Source: a virus (taxonomy: Duplodnaviria; Caudoviricetes). From it: 64,000 nt of DNA. The position numbers and the translations under genes were made by a program. Of this stretch, positions 11,501 through 18,539 are shown in pieces (position 1 is the first letter of the stretch; the number at the start of each line of letters is the position of its first letter). The stretch is from the IMG/VR virus record IMGVR_UViG_3300032295_000548, positions 75,447 to 139,446 of that record. One strand, given 5' to 3'. The notes beneath the pieces were generated by a model. The model searched no databases. It was not told the origin of the DNA and saw only the letters and a list, made by a program, of their open reading frames with translations.

Positions 11501-13708
11501 ATGACCAACTGGGTAGTACCTGAAGGAGTTGATGTATCTAATTTTGATTTTAGTTGGCATCCTGATGAACTAGCACCACCGTACATTTATCAGTTCGGTA
11601 CAGTTGCTGACGACAAAGACGGTCCTAAATATGTTCCATCTATCAATAACGGTGAAGTAGTATTCAAGCAAAGAATAAGCAAACCAATACAAGATGACAT
11701 AATCGAAGAAGTTTTCATTGGACAATACTATATTGAGACTACACTAGAAGATTTGGTTAACAAACACCCTGATGAAATTTTCTGGGCATTGAATTCTAGT
11801 ATTGATTACACAAACTTTGACTTCACTTGGAGGCCTGAGATTATTCATATTGCATGGGAATCTTCATACGTTAATGTATTTGGTTCTCCTGACAGTCCAT
11901 TGACACAAACATACTTTGTCAATGCAAAATCATACTTGGCTGGAAATAAAGACTTTAAGTTTGTTGAGAACGTAAAATTAAGTGAAGAATACCTATCAAC
12001 TCTTTTTGTTAAGCCTGACATGTTTTTTGTTGACAGAGGAAACAGTGAATCATCTGCAAGATTTGAAATGCTGAAAACTAAGTTTGGAAACATTCAAAAG
12101 ACACGATATCTAAACAGTTGGGTCGATACCATCAACCGTTGTATCAATCGTAGTACAACTGAATTATGCTGGATACTGAACAGTGAATTAGATTACTCTG
12201 ATTTTGACTTTAACTATTATCCTAACCCTTGGCAGATGAAGATGGTTCATGTGTTTGGTACTCAATGGAGTCATTGGGGAACTACGTTCATGGTTAATCG
12301 TGAAGCATTCTCTACTGACACCAAGTACATTAAGATTATAGAACACTTGAGTAATCTTAACTTTGTCAAGACTCGTACTGCAAAGGCAACAAATGTCTTG
12401 TATGACGTATACTACATAGATCATGGCAACGCTACTAACTTGCCAAACGCAAATGTTGTACCATATGATACTGATTATCTAACTACATTTAAGAACATAC
12501 TATCTAAGTTGCCTGAAAAGAAAGAGCATTACATTTGGATAGCAAGTACAGTGTGTGATTATGACAGTTTTGATTTCACGTACATTTGTGATCCATTCGC
12601 ACGTGAACAATTGCATGTGTTCCCAAGTAGCAGTCAGAAGTTTGGTGATACATTTTTAGTGAATGTGAACAAGTTACGTGAGTTAGTTAGTGATATGGAG
12701 TCATTGAAAGACTATGACAAAATTAACTTCAACCAACATCAGCGTACTAAACGTTTGACCCCTCCTACAATTGTTACAGAGTTTGATTCTCATGTTGCTA
12801 CTGTAATGCAAGATTTTGATTTCCCCTACGCTGTATTTGTCACTGAGGATAACAAAGATATAGTTGCAGTTGAAGAAGAACCAATGAGTCTATGGGATCA
12901 AGAATCTAAAAACATTCTTGTTACCAGTACTGGTGGCACACGTATCATCGTTCCAAAAGAAGCAAAGCAATATGTTGAGACACAGTTGTATGACTATCCG
13001 TACATCAAAACTGCGCCTCGTTTAGCTAAGAGTAATCCATTAGACATTGTTTACTTGAGCAATGGTGAAAGTTGTGCAGATGAAAATTATGAACATCTAT
13101 TGAAAGCGACAAAGGGTCTTCCTAACAAAATCGTTCGTGTAGATGGTGTTAATGGTCGTGTTGAAGCATATCATGCCGCGGCAAAAGCAAGTAACACGCC
13201 TTGGATGTTCACTGTGTTTGCGAAATTGAAAGTCAACACTAAGTTTGACTTTAACTGGCAACCAGATAGACTGCAAATTCCTAAGCACTATATGTTCTTA
13301 GCAAAGAACCCTGTCAATGGATTAATTTATGGTCACCAAGGTATGATTGCGTACAACAAAGAAATGACATTGAATAATCCAGGTTACGGTCTAGACTTTA
13401 CATTAGATAGTCCTCACGAAACTATTGAATTGTTATCAGGTATAGCAACATACAACACAGACGAATGGTCAACATGGCGTACTGCATTCCGTGAAGTTAT
13501 CAAGTTGAAGAAAGAAAATTCTGAAATTAGCTTGAAGCGTTTAGAAGCATGGATGACTAAAGCTGAAGGTGATTTTGCAGAATATTCGATAGACGGTGCT
13601 ATAGATGGTATCGCATACTACAATGAAGTAGAAGGCAAAACAGATAAACTACGCTTGAGTTACGAATGGGCGTGGTTGCGTGAAAGATTTGACAGGAAGC
13701 ACAAGTGA
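5567..13708 (+). CDS. 2713-aa protein with about 29 tandem ~67-aa FDFSWxP repeats flanked by degenerate glycosyltransferase-like domains
   Basis: Repeats counted in the translation; C-terminus DIVYLSNGE...RVDGVNGR..AYHAAA...KNPVNGLIYG...WRTAFRE resembles phage GT-A-like proteins. Confidence 0.85.
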   Translation: MLRDVFYFGNKPNVHPREQHATSLTDARRKASTEHFWIINEFCDYTNFDWDFDFEFLPDADVWAEEHNNVWPSYHQKDSGTWLCPKKLSDVIVYRADVDSLKRKNSINDNWKLLDNIDVTKWDFSWHPDPSDPPYIYKWGSKYAPVELKSCIEYHAPDATQIKYMNTTVELLPNWDCIVEVQKVNYNHWDMSWRPDPLDPPFIYVWGNKYIDGRLRSTLEYHVPGATEKKYMNELVPVLPEWDRWVLIHDIDKTSFDFSWRPDPREPDFIYVFGNEQYEGGVMPTIEYRMPDATERKYLHDMKARLSPHPEKFEHLEKADNIDYSWVPDPTAPPYIYVWGNQWNKPEDKISIQYVVEGATEYKYMEERSKRKPCMDNWEVPDDVDTTGFDFSWEPSPADPAYIYEFGTQWQKTGGPRYVVEGATEIKYVSTMKVTKLADKSKFAILGNLKIANFDYSWHPDSTEEPYIYVFGNNFYPGEIMPTIEYAMSGATKIKYVENAVATLGIDKINWEVPNNVDASSVDFSWKPNPKDPPYIYQYGTQHQKSGGPRYVVPEATEVKYVDVKAKALPQQDKFTVLDGIVVDEFDYSWHPDDTEEAYIYQFGNNQYPAEIMPTVEYAMPGATQIKYVHEVVAKLGVDMTNWTTPDNIDATGFDYSWKPNPKDPAYIYEFGTQWQKTGGPRYLVEGADEVKYVTTQSVKVLPTTDNWTIPTNCDVTGFDFSWHPDATSPPYIYHFATQWALTGGPVYTMDGATEIKYVEHPSAVALPNRDNWEIPKHIDSDAFDFSWHPYVEDQPYVYIFGTQHQKTGGPKYITPGVIPTSPVKYIDTRIIRAIRKPSKKNFAVLNNYKIKDFDWSWHPDETDEPYIYVFGNTQYPAEIMPTIEYVVPGATQIKYVTDVVATLDIDMANWEVSNNTDVSSFDFSWKPNPKDPPFIYQFGTQHQKTGGPRYVVADADEVKYVTTQQAVALPTTENWTVPNYVDTSGFDFSWHPDDTSPPYIYHFATQWALTGGPVYTVQGANETKYLEEPCAVALENKENWEIPKDIDEALFDFSWHPYVEDQPYVYVFGTQHQKTGGPKYVTPGVIPSSPIKYIDTRILKAVKKPSKKNFAILNNYKIKDFDWSWHPDETDEPYIYVFGNNQYSAEIMPTIEYVVPGAKQIKYVSDVIATLDVDMTNWEIPDNIDAEGFDFSWKPNPKDPPFIYQFGTQWQKTGGPRYVVPGADEVKYVTTQQVKSLSSMTNWTIPTHIDTTGFDFSWHPDDTSPPYIYHFATQWALTGGPVYTVEGATETKYLEEPSAIALVNKENWEIPSDIDDSEFDFSWHPYVEDQPYVYVFGTQWQKTGGPKYITPGVIPSSPIKYIDTRILKAKKLANKKNFAILNNYKIKDFDWSWHPDETDEPYIYVFGNNQYSAEIMPTIEYTVPGAKQIKYVHDVVATLDVDMSNWEVPKNVDSTGFDFSWKPNPKDPAYIYEFGTQWQKTGGPRYVVPDAEEVKYVSTQQVKVLANHDNWTIPPNIDVSDFDFSWHPDATSPPYIYHFATQWALSGGPIYKMDKAIATKYMDQPVAKALPNKTNWEIPDDIDAVDFDFSWHPYVEDDPFVYQFGTQWQKTGGPRYVTPGAKRSLPVKYIDTRILKSKKLPNKDKFTVLNNLTIASFDWSWHPDETDGEFVYVFGNTQYPAEVMPTIEYRSSPYAEKIKYINDFKAVLATDLKDWDIPTNIDVSEFDFSWKPNPNDPPFIYQFGTQWQKTGGPRYKVEGATEVKYVEGSKAKAIASKKQWIVPTTIDSANFDYSWHPDETEELYVYQFGTQWQKTGGPRYITSGSTSDTPVKYCDDVKARQLPNKKNFNCLVEHEIKDFDYSWHPDDTDKPYIYVFGNKQYSAEIMPTIEYKVAGAVQVKYVHDVVATLNNNKKNWEIPKDITTESFDFSWLPHPKDPPYVYQFGTQHQKTGGPRYVVPTATDIKYIDGLVAKRKQAMTNWVVPEGVDVSNFDFSWHPDELAPPYIYQFGTVADDKDGPKYVPSINNGEVVFKQRISKPIQDDIIEEVFIGQYYIETTLEDLVNKHPDEIFWALNSSIDYTNFDFTWRPEIIHIAWESSYVNVFGSPDSPLTQTYFVNAKSYLAGNKDFKFVENVKLSEEYLSTLFVKPDMFFVDRGNSESSARFEMLKTKFGNIQKTRYLNSWVDTINRCINRSTTELCWILNSELDYSDFDFNYYPNPWQMKMVHVFGTQWSHWGTTFMVNREAFSTDTKYIKIIEHLSNLNFVKTRTAKATNVLYDVYYIDHGNATNLPNANVVPYDTDYLTTFKNILSKLPEKKEHYIWIASTVCDYDSFDFTYICDPFAREQLHVFPSSSQKFGDTFLVNVNKLRELVSDMESLKDYDKINFNQHQRTKRLTPPTIVTEFDSHVATVMQDFDFPYAVFVTEDNKDIVAVEEEPMSLWDQESKNILVTSTGGTRIIVPKEAKQYVETQLYDYPYIKTAPRLAKSNPLDIVYLSNGESCADENYEHLLKATKGLPNKIVRVDGVNGRVEAYHAAAKASNTPWMFTVFAKLKVNTKFDFNWQPDRLQIPKHYMFLAKNPVNGLIYGHQGMIAYNKEMTLNNPGYGLDFTLDSPHETIELLSGIATYNTDEWSTWRTAFREVIKLKKENSEISLKRLEAWMTKAEGDFAEYSIDGAIDGIAYYNEVEGKTDKLRLSYEWAWLRERFDRKHK
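7337..10600 (+). repeat. Higher-order intragenic repeat with an exact 804-nt (268-aa) period made of four unit types
   Basis: The A-type CATCCAGA(C/T)GA motif recurs at 7337, 8141, 8945, 9749 and 10553. Confidence 0.95.
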
Positions 13709-14760
13709 AATATATTACACATAACCAATGGTCAGGTGACCATAAGTTTGTTGAGTTCTACAATCGTGTAATCAGTGAAGATTTTGACAAGATCATAATC
13801 TTCTGTCAGAACGAATGGGAATGGTATAACCACGAACCCGAACATTGGCAGTTACTACAAGATTATTGTAAGAAAATCAACAAGACAATTCATATAGTTG
13901 TTGGTGCCGCAGAAAAAGATTTCCCGGTACACATTGATAACGTTGACGTTTCATATTGGCCTACTTCATGGTTTGGTAGAACGTACATAAATTCAATGAG
14001 GATGAACAAAAGTCTATTCATAGATCCAAATGTTACCGTTGATTATGAACATCACTTCTTTAACTTTAATCACAGACCAAAATCACATAGATGCAAAGTT
14101 ATAGACCAACTAGCAAAGCATGATTTATTCAAGCATGGTGCTGTATCAATACATGGTACAGAAGTTTATTCAGGAACAACGCATGAGGGATGGGAAATAT
14201 TTCCATGGAAGCATTTTAAATACAAACCCATGTCATTGGATACTGCTGAATTCACCAAAGATGCACACGGGCAGATGTTCGTAGTTACAGATATACATAG
14301 AAAGTCATTTTGTCAACTAGTTAGTGAAACAACAGATAGGTCATACTTTATAAGTGAAAAAACTATAATGCCCTTGTGTGCAGGTAAACCGTTTTTAGTA
14401 GCATCAAGACAAGGCTTTCACCAATTGCTGAAAGACATGGGGTTTGAGTTATACGATGAAATCTTTGATTACTCATTTGATTCTATTGTTGATGAAGATA
14501 GACGTTACGAAATGCTAGTAGATAATTACAAAAGATTGTGTGAAATACCATTGAATGAACTACCGGCATTAACAAAACAAATACATGAAAAGTTATTGCA
14601 CAATAAGAATAGAGTAAAAGAGATTGTATATGAGCGAGGCAACTATCCGATGTTGTTGCAAGAGGTATTGAAGCATTACAAGACTACCAAAGAAGAAGTA
14701 GATCACTTGTTTTGTTCGTTGTATGAAGAAGAGGAAATGTTTGCATATCATGAGTGGTAA
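13705..14760 (+). CDS. GT10-like putative glycosyltransferase, paralog 1
   Basis: NHRPKSHR, LVSETT...ISEKT..PL..GKPFLV, GFELYDEIFDYSFD; GTG start overlapping the upstream TGA. Confidence 0.6.
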   Translation: MKYITHNQWSGDHKFVEFYNRVISEDFDKIIIFCQNEWEWYNHEPEHWQLLQDYCKKINKTIHIVVGAAEKDFPVHIDNVDVSYWPTSWFGRTYINSMRMNKSLFIDPNVTVDYEHHFFNFNHRPKSHRCKVIDQLAKHDLFKHGAVSIHGTEVYSGTTHEGWEIFPWKHFKYKPMSLDTAEFTKDAHGQMFVVTDIHRKSFCQLVSETTDRSYFISEKTIMPLCAGKPFLVASRQGFHQLLKDMGFELYDEIFDYSFDSIVDEDRRYEMLVDNYKRLCEIPLNELPALTKQIHEKLLHNKNRVKEIVYERGNYPMLLQEVLKHYKTTKEEVDHLFCSLYEEEEMFAYHEW

Positions 14761-15790
14761 AAATTTAAACTACATTGGTCATAACCAATGGAATGGCCTT
14801 AACTTTCAAAATTTTTATGAGAAAGTGATTAACGGCAACTATGACAAAGTAATATTATTTTCACAGAATGAGTGGGCACATCACCATCACAATCCTGAAT
14901 ATTTTCCTTTGCTACAAGAGCATATGAAAAGAATAGGTAAGCCCCTACATATCATTACTTCGGCACATAAACATTTGTACCCAGTTGAACTAGAAAATAC
15001 TCAAGTACATTGGTATGATACATATTGGATGTGCAAAACGTATGGACAATTATTACACGTTAGTAAAGGTAATAAGATATCAATTGATCCCTACGAAACG
15101 GTAGATTACAAATATCATTATCTTTCTATGAACCACAGGCCCCATCTGCATCGTTGTTTGTTAATTGATTTGTTGGCTAAACACGATTTGATGAAGTATG
15201 GTGCTATATCATTACACAATGCACCAGTACCTGAACTGTATCAATGGAAATATTTTGATTACAAACCACTAATATTAGATCAACAATACTCCACTGAAAA
15301 AAATTATAACCTTGTACCTGACCAATATTATGAATCGTTCGTACAACTGATAAGTGAAGCTTCAGGTGATACTATAATGATGTCTGAAAAAACAGCAATA
15401 CCGTTATTGTTAGGTAAACCTTTCTTAGTTGCTAGTCAGATGCATTTCCATAAGTTCTTGAAAGGACTAGGATTTGAGCTATATGATGAAATATTTGACT
15501 ACAGTTTTGATGACGAACCGAACGAAGAAAAAAGATATGAAATGCTTTTGGAAAACTTCAAGAGATTGTGTCAAATACCGTTAAACGAACTAACTCAATT
15601 ACAACAACGCATAGCTAACAAAGTATTGTTTAATAAGAAACATGCCAAATCATTGGTATTTGACACTACAACATGCCCAGAACTAGCTATGGAAGTTATC
15701 AATTACTACAAAGATACCGGAACTATCATAGACAAGCACTTGATAGATGACTACGAAAACTGTATAATGTACAAAGACCATGAGATTTGA
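14750..15790 (+). CDS. GT10-like putative glycosyltransferase, paralog 2
   Basis: Full-length similarity to the 13705 ORF (HNQW, QNEW, NHRP..HR, SEKT, GKPFLVAS, GFELYDEIFDYSFD). Confidence 0.6.
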   Translation: MSGKNLNYIGHNQWNGLNFQNFYEKVINGNYDKVILFSQNEWAHHHHNPEYFPLLQEHMKRIGKPLHIITSAHKHLYPVELENTQVHWYDTYWMCKTYGQLLHVSKGNKISIDPYETVDYKYHYLSMNHRPHLHRCLLIDLLAKHDLMKYGAISLHNAPVPELYQWKYFDYKPLILDQQYSTEKNYNLVPDQYYESFVQLISEASGDTIMMSEKTAIPLLLGKPFLVASQMHFHKFLKGLGFELYDEIFDYSFDDEPNEEKRYEMLLENFKRLCQIPLNELTQLQQRIANKVLFNKKHAKSLVFDTTTCPELAMEVINYYKDTGTIIDKHLIDDYENCIMYKDHEI

Positions 15791-15815
15791 CATAAATACT
15801 GAAAGGTGATACAAT
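15787..15815 (+). promoter_or_regulatory. sigma70-type promoter TTGACA-17-TACAAT
   Basis: Hexamers with 17-nt spacing; the -35 overlaps the upstream TGA stop; TAAATA lies in the spacer. Confidence 0.7.
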
Positions 15816-15822
15816 CATGATT

Positions 15823-15930
15823 ATGAATAAAGTTTTGGCACTAAAAGGATTACTAGCACTATTGGGCTTATACATAGCCTATAAGTTAGGACTTGAACTT
15901 TGGTGTATTGCGTATGGATTGTTAATGTAA
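15823..15930 (+). CDS. 35-aa hydrophobic peptide MNKVLALKGLLALLGLYIAYKLGLELWCIAYGLLM
   Basis: Read from the sequence; starts 7 nt after the -10 box and fills the gap. Confidence 0.5.
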   Translation: MNKVLALKGLLALLGLYIAYKLGLELWCIAYGLLM

Positions 15931-15939
15931 GGAGCGTAT

Positions 15940-16164
15940 ATGAAACGTCTTATTGGTGCTATTGTTGTTTTGGGTAGTCTTGTTGGTTGTGCAACACCTC
16001 AGCAAACTGCCGCACTGACAGGTGCAGTAGTCGGAGCCGCGGTAATGAGTTCAGTGTACGCACACCCTGCACCTAGACCGTTGCATTGCTACACCACTAG
16101 AAGTGTAATTGGATATGATATCTATAACCGTCCGTTGTACCAACATCGTCAGGTTTGTAGATAA
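15940..16164 (+). CDS. Small lipoprotein
   Basis: SD AAGGAG; signal peptide with lipobox LVGC; glycine-zipper-like GAVVGAA. Confidence 0.7.
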   Translation: MKRLIGAIVVLGSLVGCATPQQTAALTGAVVGAAVMSSVYAHPAPRPLHCYTTRSVIGYDIYNRPLYQHRQVCR

Positions 16165-16167
16165 AAG

Positions 16168-16500
16168 TTAAGACTGTATGAAGTAGACAGAAAAGGATTC
16201 AAGACCCGGGGGCAGTTCCCGGCAGGTCCACCAAAAGGAGATATGATGAAGCCAGCTTATGTGATAGCAGTAGTACTATTAATAGGATTGATTTACTTTC
16301 ATGTCTATTTTTGATGGGCCTGACATAGATTTCGATTGGGTCAAGAGTATTGAAATGGACAGTCCGGCAATGTAGAAGCCGTTAGGATTGGGGTAACCCG
16401 GTCGAAGAAGCAAAACAAAGTAAACGCAAACGACTCACAGTTCGCATTAGCTGCCTAAACTCAGCTTAGGGTAAGACATACCTCGTAACAGAAACTCTAG
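16168..16500 (+). ncRNA. ssrA: Circularly permuted (two-piece) tmRNA; tag peptide ANDSQFALAA
   Basis: T-arm CCGGG-GGCAGTT-CCCGG and acceptor 3' strand CAGGTCC-A-CCA (16223-16233) come BEFORE the 5' strand GGGCCTG (16316-16322), with a G3.U70 pair; tag ORF 16426-16458; outer ends approximate. Confidence 0.92.
16246..16314 (+). CDS. Putative 22-aa transmembrane peptide in the tmRNA intervening segment (MKPAYVIAVVLLIGLIYFHVYF)
   Basis: SD AAGGAG 16235-16240, ATG 5 nt later, and the ORF fills the segment to 1 nt before the tmRNA G1. Confidence 0.5.
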   Translation: MKPAYVIAVVLLIGLIYFHVYF

Positions 16501-16524
16501 AAAGCCCACTTCGGTGGGCTTTTT
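16501..16524 (+). terminator. Intrinsic terminator after the tmRNA
   Basis: AAAGCCCAC-TTCG-GTGGGCTTT followed by a T tract. Confidence 0.9.
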
Positions 16525-16535
16525 ACCATATAGTA

Positions 16536-16564
16536 TTGCTTATTGAGTAAACACTACGTATACT
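16536..16564 (+). promoter_or_regulatory. Promoter TTGCTT-17-TATACT upstream of the porin gene
   Basis: 17-nt spacing; a TAAATA box follows at 16605. Confidence 0.5.
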
Positions 16565-16657
16565 TTACTTTATGAATTAATTTATTTGATAGGTTTTTAT
16601 CAAGTAAATATTATTCTAGCCTGTTGAAAGACAGGCTTTTTATTAAAGGAAAATTTT

Positions 16658-17539
16658 ATGAAGAAAATCGTAATGGCAACATTATTTATGGCAGCTACAG
16701 GTTTAGCTAGTGCTCAAGTATCCCTATCAGGAAAGGTCAGCGAGTTCGTTGATTCTTCTAAGGTGGCCGGCAACAAAAGCACTCAGTTGGTTACAGCACC
16801 AACTAGTAACTTTGCTTTGTCTGTCAATGAAAAATTGGGCGGTGGTCTAACTGCACGTGCTGTAGTCGAAACTTCACTAAGTGGTAACACCATTGATGGT
16901 GTTGGTACTAAGTTGGGTGATCGTCAAGGTACTGTAGGTCTGTCAAGCAAGCTTGGTAGCGTTGATCTAGGTCGCAATGTTCATAGCCATTTCTTAGCAA
17001 TCACAAACAACGATACTTTCAGTACATTGTTTGGTAGTGTTGCAGGTGATGTTCACAATCTACGTAATCTACGTTTAGGTGATGCAGTGTTCGTTAACGT
17101 AACTCCTGTTAAAAACTTAGCAGTTGCTTATGAGCGTTCACAAGTTGCTGTTGGCCAAGAGGCTACAGTAGTTGCAGGTTCTACTAAAGTAATGGGTGTG
17201 AATGCATCTGTTGCTCGTTTCGAACAAGGTACTGAAAAGAGTACTGTTGTTGGATTGAACACAACCATTCTAGGTAACAAGGTTACATATACTCATAGCG
17301 ATGACCAAGGTCTAGTAAAGAGTAAGGGCGACTTGGTTGGTGTTGCACGTGATTTTGGTGCTATCACTGCTAAGGCAAGCTATGGTACTACAAACACAGA
17401 CGTTAAAGCATATGCATTAGGTGCTGATTATAATTTCAGCAAGCGTACTGCATTGACTGTTGCATATCGCAATGTCAACAAGACAGGTTCAGCACATGAC
17501 GTTGAACAAGTAGGTGTAGGTTTGACACATCGTTTCTGA
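16658..17539 (+). CDS. Gram-negative general porin, betaproteobacterial type
   Basis: Signal peptide (ASA-Q), EKLGGGL, VGL...G...LGR, GADYNFSKRT, C-terminal GLTHRF with terminal Phe; strong SD. Confidence 0.9.
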   Translation: MKKIVMATLFMAATGLASAQVSLSGKVSEFVDSSKVAGNKSTQLVTAPTSNFALSVNEKLGGGLTARAVVETSLSGNTIDGVGTKLGDRQGTVGLSSKLGSVDLGRNVHSHFLAITNNDTFSTLFGSVAGDVHNLRNLRLGDAVFVNVTPVKNLAVAYERSQVAVGQEATVVAGSTKVMGVNASVARFEQGTEKSTVVGLNTTILGNKVTYTHSDDQGLVKSKGDLVGVARDFGAITAKASYGTTNTDVKAYALGADYNFSKRTALTVAYRNVNKTGSAHDVEQVGVGLTHRF

Positions 17540-17555
17540 TAAGATCGACCTCAAT

Positions 17556-17578
17556 AAAAGGCTCTTCGGAGCCTTTTT
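17556..17578 (+). terminator. Intrinsic terminator after the porin gene
   Basis: AAAAGGCTC-TTCG-GAGCCTTTTT. Confidence 0.9.
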
Positions 17579-17585
17579 CCATGGC

Positions 17586-17614
17586 TTGACAATAAATAGG
17601 ATGTAAGATATAAT
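17586..17614 (+). promoter_or_regulatory. Early sigma70 promoter TTGACA-17-TATAAT
   Basis: Perfect consensus; ATG lies 6 nt after the -10. Confidence 0.85.
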
Positions 17615-17620
17615 ACACAC

Positions 17621-17875
17621 ATGGATATAAAAACGGCATTAGACGGTAGAGAAGTTTGTGACAAGTTACATAGTGACTTGAGTAAGCTTCGGTACAACCC
17701 TGATTTACATAAGATGTTGAAAAATATCAATAATATGGTCACGGAAGTTTCTAAACTTGAAGTTATCTGCCGGCGTACTGTAAGTCAAGTGATACTTGAA
17801 AGACCGCTTAAGGAATTAAATGATGCGGTTACACACTTGCAAAAACTAATACTAGTTGCACAACTAATGGAATAA
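17621..17875 (+). CDS. Hypothetical protein, probably leaderless
   Basis: 84-aa ORF directly behind the promoter. Confidence 0.7.
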   Translation: MDIKTALDGREVCDKLHSDLSKLRYNPDLHKMLKNINNMVTEVSKLEVICRRTVSQVILERPLKELNDAVTHLQKLILVAQLME

Positions 17876-17876
17876 C

Positions 17877-18077
17877 ATGAAATTTATTTTAATATCACTG
17901 ATTCTGTCAAATGGATGGGCTGTTGAATTCGATTCACTGTCTGCCTGTCAGAATGCGGTTCGGGAAATCTATGCACAACGGGTCAATCCCCCAGGGCAAC
18001 GATTGAAAGAACTTGAGCAAACCATCGACCTACAAGTTAAGACTTCCAAAGAATACCTTTGCGTGAAAAAGGGTTGA
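17877..18077 (+). CDS. Hypothetical protein with N-terminal hydrophobic segment
   Basis: 66 aa; its stop lies within the next -35 box. Confidence 0.65.
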   Translation: MKFILISLILSNGWAVEFDSLSACQNAVREIYAQRVNPPGQRLKELEQTIDLQVKTSKEYLCVKKG

Positions 18078-18102
18078 CAATAAATCCAAAGTATAGTATA
18101 CT
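18074..18102 (+). promoter_or_regulatory. Early promoter TTGACA-17-TATACT
   Basis: Member of the GGTTGACAATAAAT family. Confidence 0.8.
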
Positions 18103-18123
18103 ATGGGTAATAAGGAGTTAGTT

Positions 18124-18534
18124 ATGGAAATCAAAGTCGAAGGTAGTCGCAGGAATAAAAAGTTTGTTGAAGCAATGTTGCCTTCGATGATTAGCCAACT
18201 GAAACTTGAAAACTGCCGCAAAGGACTGTTGATTCGCATATATGATGAATGCGAGGACAATCAAGGTGTGACACTAGACCTGACCAAAGCAACGGGTTGC
18301 TATCTTGTTGTCATCAAGCCTACTAGATACCTCAAAGATATCGGTATGACCCTTGCACATGAATTGGTGCATGTCAAACAAATGGCAAAGGGCATACTAA
18401 AGTCTACAAAAAATGGTGCTCAGATTTGGGCTGGCAAAAAGTACTCAAAACGTACTAAGTATCTTGATCGACCCTGGGAAATTGAAGCATTTTCCAAGCA
18501 AGAACTAATTCTCCGTCGTGCGTTTGAGGATTAA
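18124..18534 (+). CDS. Zincin-like metallopeptidase
   Basis: LAHELVH and PWEIEA motifs; SD AAGGAG favours ATG18124. Confidence 0.75.
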   Translation: MEIKVEGSRRNKKFVEAMLPSMISQLKLENCRKGLLIRIYDECEDNQGVTLDLTKATGCYLVVIKPTRYLKDIGMTLAHELVHVKQMAKGILKSTKNGAQIWAGKKYSKRTKYLDRPWEIEAFSKQELILRRAFED

Positions 18535-18539
18535 AAAGG

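Noticed and set aside
7331-11560. Recurring similar minus-strand ORFs inside the giant gene
   Set aside because: They only reflect the 804-nt repeat of the plus-strand protein
16203-16233. tRNA gene
   Set aside because: Only a T-arm and acceptor 3' strand; these belong to the permuted tmRNA, and I recognised no complete tRNA in the window
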